NCBI GenBank assembly: GCA_964609495.1
Contig: CAZSTA010000001.1
Span: 1-62,714 of the forward strand
Length of the DNA: 62,714 bases
Direction of reading: 5' to 3'
From: an uncultured bacterium
GTDB lineage: Bacteria; CAZSTA01
Part shown: positions 8,997 to 19,270 of the stretch, in pieces
How positions within the stretch are numbered: position 1 is the stretch's first letter
How the letters are laid out: each line of letters starts with the position of its first letter
Notes under the pieces: generated by a model
What the model saw: the letters and a program-made list of their open reading frames with translations, nothing else
Told to the model about the DNA's origin: nothing
The model's database searches: none
Position numbers and translations under genes: made by a program

Positions 8997-9032
8997 GGCT
9001 ATCTGCCAGGGCTTATCCTCTGGCAGATAGCC
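8997..9032 (+). terminator. Stem-loop between permease and first hydrolase
   Basis: GGCTATCTGCCAG-10 nt-CTGGCAGATAGCC, 13-bp stem. Confidence 0.6.
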
Positions 9033-9067
9033 ATAATTACTAACTGTCAATATTAAAAGGGGGTTTT

Positions 9068-11107
9068 TTGATGAATAAGAAATGGTTTCAAAGGAGTTAT
9101 AGGCGTAATTTGGTAGATATGCATATTGCTGATTGGGATGAGAAGTTCCTTTCAAGGTTTGATCCTAAAACCTATGTAGATCTCCTAGAGTTAGCTCAGG
9201 TGAGTGCGGCTATGGTATATGCCAATTCCGCGGTAGGCAATTGTTATTGGCCTACAAAGGTAGGGCATATGCACAAGGGACTAAGGGGGAGAGATATCCT
9301 GAGTGAGATCATCGAACTATGTCATCAGAGAGAGATAGATGTGATAATTTATTATGTTTTGATCTATAACAACTGGGCGTATGAGAATAATCCCCAGTGG
9401 AGGATAATCAAAGCAGATGGGAAGGAAGCGACAGCAGATGGTCGGTTTGGAGTTTGTTGTCCCAACTCTGGATATCGAGATTTTGCGGTAGCCGAGATAG
9501 AGGATTTCTGCAGTAACTATGATTTTGAAGGCATATTCTTCGATATGACTTTCTGGCCTCACATCTGCTATTGCTCATCTTGTCAAGAGAGATACAAGAA
9601 GGAGGTAGGAAAGGAACTTCCTCAGATCGTCGATTGGGAGGATCCTGATTGGGTGAAGTTCCAGAGGAAACGGGAGGAATGGATAACGGAATTTGCTAAT
9701 CTAGCTACCTCTACCGCAAAGAGGATAAAGTCTGAAGTTACGGTAGATCACCAATTCTCTACCTGTATAGGGGACTTTAGACAGGGAGTAACTGCAGAAA
9801 TAGCTAAGGCATGTGATTATACTGGAGGAGATTTCTACGGAGGGCTATTGCAGGAATCTTTCATCTGCAAGTTATTCTATAACCTTACACCTAATAAGCC
9901 CTTTGAATTTCATACCTCTAGGTGTCCTAACCTAAAAGATCATATTACGATGAGGTCTGAGGAGCTAATGGAAGCTCATGTATATTCAGCATTAGCCAAT
10001 AACGGTGCTTTTCTCTTCATTGATGCTATTGATCCCATAGGGACCTTGAATAAAGATGTCTATGAGATGATGGGAAGGGTCTTTGGTGAAACGAGGGCTT
10101 ATGAGAAATATCTGGGAGGTGAGCTTTGTCAAGACATTGGGATATATTTCAGTTTCGCTTCGAAGCTTCTAACCCTTCAAGGCTTATCCCACTTAGAAGC
10201 TTCAATAAATGTAGCTAAGTCTCTTCTGAATGAGAATATCCCCTTCGGAGTGATCACTAAGGATGATCTAAAGGATCTATCTAACTATCAGGTAATCGTT
10301 CTTCCCAAGGTCTTAATGATGGATGAAGAAGAAGTGAAGGCTCTTAGAGAATATGTAGCCTCTGGTGGCAGTCTCTATGTAAGTGGTTCTGCTTCTCTCC
10401 TTGATAAGGATGGAAACAAACATAAGGACTTTATGCTTGCTGATGTCTTAGGGGTATCATATCTGGGAGAGACGAAGGAGAGATTAACCTATATCGCTCC
10501 CACTTCAAGAGCTTCGGAGCTCTTCCCGAATATCTCCTCGGAATATCCCCTTACCATATTCGGACCTCAGATAAAAGCAAAACCAGCTAATGAGGACGAA
10601 GTATTAGCTACCATTACTCTCCCCTATACTGATCCCGCTGATCATACTAAGTTCGCTTCTATCCATTCTAATCCCCCTGGCATTCCTACTGAATATCCTG
10701 CTATTGTTATGAGGAGCTTTGGCAAGGGTAAGGTAGTATGGGTTGCTGGGGATTTAGAGCTGATGAAGTATGATCCCCAGAGGAAGGTATTCACCAATCT
10801 GATTAAATCACTAGCTCAAAAACCTTTCTCCTTTGAGTCAGATGCTCCTAAGTCGGTAGAGATAACTCTATTTCATCAGGGGGAGAGTAAGAGGTATATC
10901 ATCAACTTCCTCAATTTTCAGGAGGAGTTACCCAATATTCCTATCTCAGGGATTACTTGTAGGATTAAGCTAGAGGGGAAGAAAGCAACTAAGTTGGTAA
11001 AGTTACCAGAGGAGGAAGAGATTCCTTTTGAGCTGAAGGGGAATTACGTTGAATTTAAGACTCCTCAACTAGAAACATTCTTGATGTTAGCATTAAATTA
11101 CGAATAA
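9068..11107 (+). CDS. GHL6/GH151-like glycoside hydrolase with class I GATase-like trimerisation domain, copy 1
   Basis: YWPTKVGHMH..L.GRDIL.E.IELCH, CCPNSGY, GIFFDM, ICYCSSC and YQVIVLP..LMM....ALREYV.SGG. Substrate not determinable. The start may be the ATG at 9071. Confidence 0.7.
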   Translation: MMNKKWFQRSYRRNLVDMHIADWDEKFLSRFDPKTYVDLLELAQVSAAMVYANSAVGNCYWPTKVGHMHKGLRGRDILSEIIELCHQREIDVIIYYVLIYNNWAYENNPQWRIIKADGKEATADGRFGVCCPNSGYRDFAVAEIEDFCSNYDFEGIFFDMTFWPHICYCSSCQERYKKEVGKELPQIVDWEDPDWVKFQRKREEWITEFANLATSTAKRIKSEVTVDHQFSTCIGDFRQGVTAEIAKACDYTGGDFYGGLLQESFICKLFYNLTPNKPFEFHTSRCPNLKDHITMRSEELMEAHVYSALANNGAFLFIDAIDPIGTLNKDVYEMMGRVFGETRAYEKYLGGELCQDIGIYFSFASKLLTLQGLSHLEASINVAKSLLNENIPFGVITKDDLKDLSNYQVIVLPKVLMMDEEEVKALREYVASGGSLYVSGSASLLDKDGNKHKDFMLADVLGVSYLGETKERLTYIAPTSRASELFPNISSEYPLTIFGPQIKAKPANEDEVLATITLPYTDPADHTKFASIHSNPPGIPTEYPAIVMRSFGKGKVVWVAGDLELMKYDPQRKVFTNLIKSLAQKPFSFESDAPKSVEITLFHQGESKRYIINFLNFQEELPNIPISGITCRIKLEGKKATKLVKLPEEEEIPFELKGNYVEFKTPQLETFLMLALNYE

Positions 11108-11215
11108 TAAAAGGGGGTGTTGATTTCTCTATTGCTCAAAGCCGACAGATTTTCTTCTATGGCGAAGGAACAATAAACGATAGGTGATAAATTAATATAA
11201 TTAAAGGGAGGCTTT

Positions 11216-13297
11216 GTGATGGATAAGAAGTGGTTTCAAAGGAGTTATAGGCGTAATTTAGTAGATATGCATATTACTGATTGGGATGAGAAGTTTCTTT
11301 CAGAGTTTGATCCTAAGGCTTATGTGGATCTCCTGGAGTTAGCTCAGGTAAGCGCAGCTATGGTTTATGCTAATTCCCATGTAGGTAATTGCTATTGGCC
11401 TACGAAGGTGGGACATATGCACGAGGGACTAAAGAGGAGAGATATCCTAGGTGAGATCATAGAGCTATGTCACCAAAGAGGGATGGATTTTATAGTCTAT
11501 TATAGTTTGATCTATAACAACTGGGCGTATGAGAATAATCCCCAGTGGAGGATAATCAAAGCAGATGGGAAGGAAGCGGCAGCAAGTAGCCGTTATGGAG
11601 TTTGTTGTCCCAACTCTGGATATCGAGATTTTGCGGTAGCTCAAATAGAGGAGTTCTGCAGTAACTATGATTTTGAGGGAATATTCTTTGATATGACCTT
11701 CTGGCCTCATATCTGCTATTGCTCGTCTTGTCAAGAGAGATACAAGAAGGAGGTAGAAAAGGAGCTTCCTCGGATCGTCGATTGGGAGGATCCTGATTGG
11801 GTGAAGTTCCAGAGGAAACGGGAAGAGTGGTTAACAGAATTTGCCAATCTAGCTACTTCTACCGCAAAGAGGATAAAACCTGAAGTTACGGTAGATCACC
11901 AATTCTCTACCTCTATAGCGGGCTCTGGACGTGGAGTAACTGCAGGGATAGCTAAGGCATGCGATTATACTGGTGGGGATTTCTATGGAGGGCTATTACA
12001 GCAATCCTTCATCTGTAAGTTATTCTATAACCTTACCCCTAACAAGCCCTTTGAATTTCATACCTCTAGATGTCCTAACCTAAGGGATCATACTACAATG
12101 AAATCTGAAGAGCTAATGGAAGCTCATGTATATTCAGGATTAGCAAATAATGGCGCTTTTCTCTTCATTGATGCCATTGATCCCATAGGGACCTTGAATA
12201 AGGATGTCTATGAGATGATGGGGAGGGTCTATGGCGAAACGAAGGCTTATGAGGAATATCTAGGAGGTGAGCTTTGCCAAGACGTAGGGATATATTTCAG
12301 TTTTGCTTCAAAGTTCAACCCCCTAGATAATGGAAAAAATATCTCAGAACTGAAACGTGGCTACTTTAGAGAGCAACCTCATTTAGAAACTTCAGTAAAT
12401 GTAGTTAAGTCTCTTCTGAACGAGAATATTCCCTTCGGAGTGATCACTAAGGAGGATCTAAAGGATCTGTCTAACTATCAGGTAATCGTTCTTCCCAAGG
12501 TCTTAATGATGGATGAAGAGGAAGTGAAGGCTCTTAGAGAATATGTCGCTTCTGGTGGCAGTCTCTATGTAAGTGGATCGGCTTCTCTTCTTGATAAAGA
12601 CGGAAACAAGCAGAAAGATTTTATGCTGGCTGATGTCTTGGGAGTATCATATCTGGGAGAGACGAAGGAGAGATTAACCTATATCGCTCCCACTTCGAAA
12701 GTTGCTGAGCTATTTCCCAATGTCTCCTCCGAGTATCCCCTTACCATCTTCGGACCTCAGATAAAAGCAAAACCAGCTAATGAAGATGAGGTATTAGCTA
12801 CTATCACTCTACCCTATACCGATCCTGTTGATCATACTAAGTTCGCCTCTATTCACTCCAATCCTCCTGGCATTCCTACGGAATATCCTGCTATTGTTAT
12901 GAGGAGCTTCGGTAAGGGTAAGGCGGTATGGGTTGCGGAGGATTTAGAACTGATGAAGTATGATTCCCAGAGGGAGGTATTCACCAACCTGATCAAGTCC
13001 TTAGCTCAGAAACCTTTCTCCTTCGAGTCGGATGCTCCTAAGTCGGTAGAGATAACTCTATTCCATCAGGGGGAGAATAAGAGATATATCATTAACTTCC
13101 TCAACTTTCAGGAGGAGTTGCCCAATATTCCTGTCTCAGGGATTACTTGTAGGGTTAAATTGGAGGGGAGGAAAGCAACTAGGTTAGTGAAGTTACCAGA
13201 GGAGGAAGAGATTCCTTTCGAAGTGAAGGGAAATTACGTTGAGTTTGAGACTCCAGAGCTAGAGACATTCCTGATGTTAGCCTTAAATTATGAATAA
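11216..13297 (+). CDS. GHL6/GH151-like glycoside hydrolase, copy 2
   Basis: Close tandem paralog with ANSHVGNCYWPT. Confidence 0.7.
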   Translation: MMDKKWFQRSYRRNLVDMHITDWDEKFLSEFDPKAYVDLLELAQVSAAMVYANSHVGNCYWPTKVGHMHEGLKRRDILGEIIELCHQRGMDFIVYYSLIYNNWAYENNPQWRIIKADGKEAAASSRYGVCCPNSGYRDFAVAQIEEFCSNYDFEGIFFDMTFWPHICYCSSCQERYKKEVEKELPRIVDWEDPDWVKFQRKREEWLTEFANLATSTAKRIKPEVTVDHQFSTSIAGSGRGVTAGIAKACDYTGGDFYGGLLQQSFICKLFYNLTPNKPFEFHTSRCPNLRDHTTMKSEELMEAHVYSGLANNGAFLFIDAIDPIGTLNKDVYEMMGRVYGETKAYEEYLGGELCQDVGIYFSFASKFNPLDNGKNISELKRGYFREQPHLETSVNVVKSLLNENIPFGVITKEDLKDLSNYQVIVLPKVLMMDEEEVKALREYVASGGSLYVSGSASLLDKDGNKQKDFMLADVLGVSYLGETKERLTYIAPTSKVAELFPNVSSEYPLTIFGPQIKAKPANEDEVLATITLPYTDPVDHTKFASIHSNPPGIPTEYPAIVMRSFGKGKAVWVAEDLELMKYDSQREVFTNLIKSLAQKPFSFESDAPKSVEITLFHQGENKRYIINFLNFQEELPNIPVSGITCRVKLEGRKATRLVKLPEEEEIPFEVKGNYVEFETPELETFLMLALNYE

Positions 13298-13406
13298 TAA
13301 AGGGGGTGTTGATTTCTTTATTGCTCAAAGCCGATAGATTTTCTTCTATGGCGAAGGGACAATATGAGCGATAGGTGATAAATTAACATAATTAAAAGGA
13401 GGCTTT

Positions 13407-15491
13407 TTGATGGATAAGAAGTGGTTTCAGAAGAGTTATAGGCGTAATTTGACGGATATGCATATTACTGACTGGAATGAGGAGTTCCTTTCAAAGTTTG
13501 ATCCTAAGACCTATGTGGATCTCCTAGAGTTAGCTCAGGTGAAGTCAGCTATGGTTTATGCCAATTCCCACGTGGGTAACTGCTATTGGCCTACGAAGGT
13601 GGGACATATGCACGAGGGATTAAAGGGTAGGGATATCCTGGGTGAGATGATTGAGCAATGCCACCAGAGGGGGATGGATTTCATAGTCTATTACAGTCTG
13701 ATCTTTAACAACTGGGCGTATGAGAATAATCCCTCGTGGAGGATAATTAGAGCAGATGGGAAGGAAGCAGCCGCAGATAGACGCTATGGAGTTTGTTGTC
13801 CCAATTCCGGATATCGAGATTTTGCTGTAGCTGAGATAGAGGATTTCTGCAGTAACTATGATTTTGAGGGAATATTCTTCGATATGACTTTCTGGCCTCA
13901 TATCTGCTATTGCTCGTCTTGTCAAGAGAGATACAGGAAGGAGGTAGGAAAGGAACTTCCTCGGATCGTCAATTGGGAGGATCCAGAGTGGGTGAAGTTC
14001 CAGAGGAAGCGGGAGGAATGGTTAACAGAATTTACCAAGCTAGCTACCTTTACGGCAAAAAGGGTAAAGCCTGGAGTTGCAGTAGAAAATCAATTCTCTA
14101 CCTCCATAGCTAACTTTGGACAGGGAGTAACTGCAGAAATAGGTAAGACAAGTGATTATGCTGGTGGGGATTTCTATGGAGGGCTATTGCAGGAATCCTT
14201 CATCTGCAAGTTATACTATAACCTTACCCCTAATAAGCCCTTTGAGTTTATGACTTCTAGGTGCATTCATCTAAGTGATCATACCACAAGGAAGTCTGAG
14301 GAGCTAATGAAAGTTCATGCCTATTCGGCATTAGCTAATGATGGTGCATTTCTCTTTATTGATGCCATTGATCCCGTAGGGACCATGAATAGGGATGTCT
14401 ATGAGATTATGGGGAGGGTCTTTGGCGAAACGAAGGCTTATGAGAAATATCTAGGAGGTGATCTTTGCCAAGACGTAGCGATATATTTCAGTTTTGCCTC
14501 GAAGTTTAATCCCGCAGATAACGGGAAGAATATCTCAGAACTGAAACGTGGCTTCTTTAGTGATCAACCTCACTTAGAAACTTCAGTAAATGCAGTTAAG
14601 TCCCTTCTGAACGAGAATATCCCCTTCGGAGTGATCACTAAGGATGATCTCAAGGATCTATCCGATTATCAAGTCATCGTTCTTCCCAAGGTCTTGATGA
14701 TGGATGAAGAGGAAGTGAAGGCTCTCAGAGAATTTGTGGCTTCCGGTGGCAGTCTCTATGCAAGCGGTTCTGCTTCACTTCTCGATAAAGACGGGAACAA
14801 ACAGAAAGATTTTATGCTCGCTGATGTCTTAGGGGTATCATATCTAGGAGAGACAAAGGAGAGATTAACCTATATCGCTCCCACTTCAAAAGCTGCTGAG
14901 CTCTTCCCGAATATCTCCTCCGAATATCCCCTGACCATCTTCGGGCCTCAAATAAAAGCAAAGCCAGTTAACCAGGAGGAGGTATTAGCCACCATTACCC
15001 TCCCCTATACTGATCCAGCTGATCATACTAAGTTCTCCTCTATACATTCCAATCCCCCTGGTATCCCTACTGAATATCCTGCTGTTATCTTGAGAGACTT
15101 TGGCAAAGGTAAGGTAGTATGGGTTGCGGGAGATTTGGAGATGATGAAGTATGATCCCCAGAGGAAGGTATTCATCAATTTGATTAAGTCACTAGCTCAA
15201 AAACCTTTCTCCTTCGAAGCAGATGCTCCTAAGTCAGTAGAGATAACTTTATTTCATCAGGAAGAGAATAAGAGATATATCATTAATTTCCTCAACTTTC
15301 AGGAAGAGTTACCCAATATCCCCATCTCAGGGATTACTTGTAGGGTTAAGCTAGAGGGGAAGAAACCAACTAAGTTAATGAAGTTACCAGGGGAGGAAGA
15401 AATTCCCTTTGAACTGAAGGGAAATTACGTTGAATTTAGGACTCCCGAGCTGGAGACATTCCTGATGTTAGCATTAAATTATGAACAGTGA
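13407..15491 (+). CDS. GHL6/GH151-like glycoside hydrolase, copy 3
   Basis: Close tandem paralog. The upstream intergenic region is a near copy of the one before copy 2. Confidence 0.7.
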   Translation: MMDKKWFQKSYRRNLTDMHITDWNEEFLSKFDPKTYVDLLELAQVKSAMVYANSHVGNCYWPTKVGHMHEGLKGRDILGEMIEQCHQRGMDFIVYYSLIFNNWAYENNPSWRIIRADGKEAAADRRYGVCCPNSGYRDFAVAEIEDFCSNYDFEGIFFDMTFWPHICYCSSCQERYRKEVGKELPRIVNWEDPEWVKFQRKREEWLTEFTKLATFTAKRVKPGVAVENQFSTSIANFGQGVTAEIGKTSDYAGGDFYGGLLQESFICKLYYNLTPNKPFEFMTSRCIHLSDHTTRKSEELMKVHAYSALANDGAFLFIDAIDPVGTMNRDVYEIMGRVFGETKAYEKYLGGDLCQDVAIYFSFASKFNPADNGKNISELKRGFFSDQPHLETSVNAVKSLLNENIPFGVITKDDLKDLSDYQVIVLPKVLMMDEEEVKALREFVASGGSLYASGSASLLDKDGNKQKDFMLADVLGVSYLGETKERLTYIAPTSKAAELFPNISSEYPLTIFGPQIKAKPVNQEEVLATITLPYTDPADHTKFSSIHSNPPGIPTEYPAVILRDFGKGKVVWVAGDLEMMKYDPQRKVFINLIKSLAQKPFSFEADAPKSVEITLFHQEENKRYIINFLNFQEELPNIPISGITCRVKLEGKKPTKLMKLPGEEEIPFELKGNYVEFRTPELETFLMLALNYEQ

Positions 15492-15690
15492 AGGGAGGAT
15501 ATGGATTTCTCTATTGCTCGAGGTCAATAGAGAGTCATCAGGATTATGAATATCTTGGAGAAAAAGAATCGCTCATATTAGAATAGCATGCACAGCCAAA
15601 GTAGCCTGAACTTCTATCGATCGTGACTAGATCTCATCTAGGAGACAGATGAACGACGAACTTCAAGTGAATAGAATTCGCATCAGTCAA

Positions 15691-15719
15691 TCTAGCGCAC
15701 TTTATGCGAATATGAGCGA
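15691..15719 (+). repeat. 29-bp direct repeat copy 1 (possible IS end after CTAG)
   Basis: TCTAGCGCACTTTATGCGAATATGAGCGA versus 15903-15931, 2 mismatches. Confidence 0.75.
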
Positions 15720-15775
15720 CTTTATTGCTCATATTGGATTCTGCGTGTTTAGCTAAAAATGTTTTTATTTTGTAA

Positions 15776-15874
15776 TCACCCCCTAACCCCTCCCATCTAG
15801 GGAGTGGGAAATAGAAAGATCAGTCTATCTGGATGTCCCCTCTCCCCTGGTGGGAGAGGGATAGGGTGAGGGGG
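15776..15874. repeat. Pair of BoxC-like GC-rich hairpin repeats in inverted orientation
   Basis: TCACCCCCTAACCCCTCCCATCTAGGGAGTGGG ... CCCCTCTCCCCTGGTGGGAGAGGGATAGGGTGAGGGG. A related copy lies at 54369-54399. Confidence 0.65.
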
Positions 15875-15902
15875 AAATTATTTCTTTCGCTTATTAGATT
15901 AG

Positions 15903-15931
15903 TCTAGTGCACCTTATGCGAATATGAGCGA
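15903..15931 (+). repeat. 29-bp direct repeat copy 2
   Basis: TCTAGTGCACCTTATGCGAATATGAGCGA, adjacent to the transposase remnant. Confidence 0.75.
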
Positions 15932-15974
15932 ACTTTATACCCAAGGTGTTGCTTAGGAAAGCCGATTTTGTGGT

Positions 15975-16285
15975 CTAGTTTTCCGATGACAGTACACCTC
16001 GATATGTTTTCCTAGTATGATTTAATAGAGTATCATCTATTACCACAAAACCCCTCTTAGCATTCACTCCTCTAGGGAGATGTTCCCTCTCTAGCTTTAT
16101 CCTCCTATTATTCACTTTCCTCCCACTTAGCTAGGGAGTTCATCTCTTCAATATTTGCTCTCCGCTACTATCAATCCCCTGATATATTCTTGGAAATACT
16201 TAAATTGTTCCTTGCTAGAGAAGATATCTTTGAAGAGAGGAGCTGCTTTTGTCGCCACTGAGGGAAATTCTACTATGGGTATCAT
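15975..16285 (-). pseudogene. IS701-like DDE transposase N-terminal remnant (frameshifted)
   Basis: MIPIVEFPSVATKAAPLFKDIFSSKEQFKYFQEYIRGLIVAESK* behind a GGAGG RBS, then in another frame KRGFVVIDDTLLNHT containing the first-Asp motif. Confidence 0.65.
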
Positions 16286-16393
16286 TTCTTAAACCTCCGT
16301 TCGCTCACTTTCTCTTCCTTATATCATATCTACTTCCCTTTGTCAAATCGCAAAAGTTAATCAATTATTTACTCGATCCTATTTAAAATTCTC

Positions 16394-16422
16394 TTGACTT
16401 CCTTTCTATTTTATGGTATGAT
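16394..16422 (+). promoter_or_regulatory. Sigma70 promoter of the ROK operon
   Basis: TTGACT-17 bp-TATGAT with extended -10 TG. Confidence 0.7.
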
Positions 16423-16423
16423 T

Positions 16424-16462
16424 ATCTCAAGATATGAGATTTATTATCCCACATCTTGAGAT
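16424..16462. promoter_or_regulatory. Double operator candidate downstream of the -10
   Basis: ATCTCAAGATATGAGAT-ttatt-ATCCCACATCTTGAGAT: two 17-bp sites, inverted to each other with 2 mismatches. Confidence 0.55.
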
Positions 16463-16516
16463 TTGTTTATATGGTGAATTTATAAGCAGATCCTGTTTAC
16501 ATAATGGAGAATAAAA

Positions 16517-17737
16517 TTGAATAAAAAAATTAGTCATGAAGTTATGAAATTAAGTAATTTACTAAGTATTTTAAGAACTATCAGAGATTTAGGACCTGTC
16601 TCTCGAGTGCAGATACAAAGGAAGACTAAATTAAGCTGGGGCACTATAACCACTTCTATTAAAGAGTTGCTGGAAAGAGATATAGTTAAGGAGATTGGAG
16701 CAGTGAATACTGGCGTGGGAAGACGCCCTGTGGAGCTAGATATCAACATAGAGAGAAATTTTGCTTTAGGAGTCCGCTTGGGATCTACTCTTCTGCGATC
16801 AGTATTGCTTAATGCTAAAAGGGAAGTAATCGGGTACCTGAAAGCTCCAGTTGATTCCCTCGGATCTAAGGAGGCTATATTAAAACAATTATATGATATT
16901 ACCGAGAAAACTATGAAGGAGTTCTCTATCACTATAGATAAAGTCGCGGGTATTGGCATTGCCGCTCCTGGAGCCGTGAATGCAGAGGAAGGTATCTGCC
17001 TTTATGCTCCTCACCATCCGGCGTGGAAAAACGTTCCACTTAAATCGCTTCTTGAAGATAGATTTGGAGTTCCCTGTCTTGTGGAACATGTAAATAACTG
17101 TTTTGCTCTCTCTGAAAAGTGGTTTGGGTTAGGAAAGGGTAGTAATAATTTCCTATGTGTTCTCTTGGGAACAGGGATAAGTGTAGGGATAATAATAAAT
17201 GGTGAGGTCTATCGGGGAGCTGATGGCACAGCTGGAGAGTTTGGACATATTATCATAGATCCAGCAGGACCGAAATGCGTATGTGGTAATAATGGATGCT
17301 TAGAGGTTTACGCCTCAGGAGTAGCTATCAGTAAACAAGCAGCTGAAATGGTCTCAAAATATGGGGATCCTAAGATTCTAGAGATAGCTGAGGGGAAGAT
17401 AGAAAATATCACTGGAGAGACTGTATTTCTAGCTGCAAAAGAGGGAGATAAGTTAGCACTTCAGCTCTTCGAGAAAGTCGGGCATTTTCTGGGTATAGGG
17501 ATCAGCAACTTGATAAATCTCTTTAATCCAGAATATATCGTCTTAGGAGGTAGAATATCGATTGCCAGTGAATTCTTTCTGCCGAAGATGAAGGAGACGA
17601 TAGAGGAAAGAGCGTGGCATGCCTCACGGAGGGATTTAAAAATATCTGATCTATTAGTTGGTAAAGGAGGAGCGTTGGGAGCAGCAGGTATGATTCTGAA
17701 TAAAATTTATAACAGCGATCTACTTTTTCAGCAATAG
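16517..17737 (+). CDS. ROK-family transcriptional regulator (NagC/XylR-like)
   Basis: N-terminal HTH with GRRP, GIGIAAPG, GTGISVGIIINGEVYRG..G.AGEFGH and CVCGNNGCLE. Confidence 0.92.
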   Translation: MNKKISHEVMKLSNLLSILRTIRDLGPVSRVQIQRKTKLSWGTITTSIKELLERDIVKEIGAVNTGVGRRPVELDINIERNFALGVRLGSTLLRSVLLNAKREVIGYLKAPVDSLGSKEAILKQLYDITEKTMKEFSITIDKVAGIGIAAPGAVNAEEGICLYAPHHPAWKNVPLKSLLEDRFGVPCLVEHVNNCFALSEKWFGLGKGSNNFLCVLLGTGISVGIIINGEVYRGADGTAGEFGHIIIDPAGPKCVCGNNGCLEVYASGVAISKQAAEMVSKYGDPKILEIAEGKIENITGETVFLAAKEGDKLALQLFEKVGHFLGIGISNLINLFNPEYIVLGGRISIASEFFLPKMKETIEERAWHASRRDLKISDLLVGKGGALGAAGMILNKIYNSDLLFQQ

Positions 17738-17893
17738 CAAGATAGCTCCAAAATGTGAGGTAATGTAATAATTACAAGGATGAGGTAATCTGGTGCAGAA
17801 AGGAGGGGAGAGATAAAGCACTGCCTCTTAATATAAAGATTTTAACCGAAAGGATGTCAAATAACACCTAAAAATAAAAAGGAGGGAAATTAA

Positions 17894-19171
17894 GTGAAAA
17901 GGTTGACTATATGTTTGGCGATTGGTTTAGCATTAGCTTTGGTGATCTCTTTCTCGGCGATAGCGCAGGAGGAAGAGGTCAAGAAGGAGGAGATCCTCTT
18001 CTGGACGTGGGCTGGTGGCCGAGAGATCACTATGTTAGAGTCTAAGATCACGAGATTCGAGTTCATCTATCCAGACATCAAGGTGAAGATGCAGCCACTT
18101 CCCTTCGTGGAGTACCAGACAAAGCTTTTATCAGGCCATGCCTCTGGAACTGCTCCCGATGTAGCTTACTATAGCCAAGTTATGCATAAGATGTTCTATG
18201 ACCGAGGACTCCTAGAGGATCTATGGCCCTATGTGAAGGATGATAAGGTCTGGTTAGCTGATTATCGTCCTTTCCTGCTCGATGTCCATACCTTCGATAG
18301 TCACTATGTAGGCACTGGTCTCGGTGGTTGGGGAACAGCGATGATCTTCTACAACGTGGATATGTTCGAGGAGAATGGAATCGAAGGACCACCTAAGACT
18401 TGGGAAGAGTATCTGGATATCGCTAAGAGGCTCACTAAGGATACCAATGGAGATGGAAAGACCAATATCTTTGGCTGCCAAAACGATGGTTCTTTTGAAA
18501 CCTATCTCGTCCTCTTGGAGTCCTTCGGAGGGGGGGTATTCAACGAGGATAGGTCGGAAACTATCATTGATAGCCCAGAGTCTATAGAGGCGATGCAGTT
18601 CTGGGGAGAGCTGATCAACGAGGAGAAGGTTCATACTCCTTGGGTTGGAACTCCAGGCGGTGTTGGCTTCACCTATAACAACGTTGCTATGGGAGTCTAT
18701 GGTATCTGGTCGAATGGTTTCTGGACGACTATAATCGGGGACAAATTCAAATTCGATATTGCTCCTAACCCGGTTAAGGTGGCGAAATCTGCTCCCCTAT
18801 CCTCCAGCGCTTATGGCGTTGCTATAGGGAGCAAGCATAAGGATGCCGCGGTAAAGTTAGCCAAGTATATGGCAAGTGCTGCTGGGCAGATCGAAAATGC
18901 CTTCATGGGCTTTGCGGCTTCGAGTAACCCCTCGCTCGACTTTATGTATGCAAACTCCCCTGTGTGGGCGGGCAAGGATTACCAAGCTTTAGCTGAGACA
19001 GCAGATTACGGCAAGCTCATGCCTCTTGATGTTCCCCGCTGGGAGGAAGTTCTTAGAGTTCTTACGAAGCAGAGGGACTTAGTATTAATCGGCCAAGAGA
19101 CTGCTGAAAAGGCTATGGAGGATGCCGCTAAGACTATCAGGGATATAATGGCTGGTAAGGAAGTGTATTAG
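17894..19171 (+). CDS. Sugar ABC substrate-binding protein (family 1)
   Basis: Signal peptide, FWTW, EYQTKL...ASGTAPDV, IFYNVDMFEENGI, and DTNGDGK. Confidence 0.9.
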   Translation: MKRLTICLAIGLALALVISFSAIAQEEEVKKEEILFWTWAGGREITMLESKITRFEFIYPDIKVKMQPLPFVEYQTKLLSGHASGTAPDVAYYSQVMHKMFYDRGLLEDLWPYVKDDKVWLADYRPFLLDVHTFDSHYVGTGLGGWGTAMIFYNVDMFEENGIEGPPKTWEEYLDIAKRLTKDTNGDGKTNIFGCQNDGSFETYLVLLESFGGGVFNEDRSETIIDSPESIEAMQFWGELINEEKVHTPWVGTPGGVGFTYNNVAMGVYGIWSNGFWTTIIGDKFKFDIAPNPVKVAKSAPLSSSAYGVAIGSKHKDAAVKLAKYMASAAGQIENAFMGFAASSNPSLDFMYANSPVWAGKDYQALAETADYGKLMPLDVPRWEEVLRVLTKQRDLVLIGQETAEKAMEDAAKTIRDIMAGKEVY

Positions 19172-19203
19172 AGCAGAGTTAGACAGTATGGATAAGTTCA
19201 GGG

Positions 19204-19239
19204 CTGTCGTAGCAGTATGCTTATCGACTGCTACGACAG
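19204..19239 (+). terminator. Stem-loop after SBP
   Basis: CTGTCGTAGCAGT-10 nt-ACTGCTACGACAG, 13-bp stem. Confidence 0.65.
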
Positions 19240-19270
19240 TCACTTATTTATGAAATAGGAGAGGATTAAT

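Noticed and set aside
3030-14113. Recurring antisense or alternate-frame ORFs inside the SBP and hydrolase paralogs (e.g. 3278-3475 and 5414-5611; 9317, 11465, 13620)
   Set aside because: They recur only because the host genes are duplicated and have no independent coding signal.
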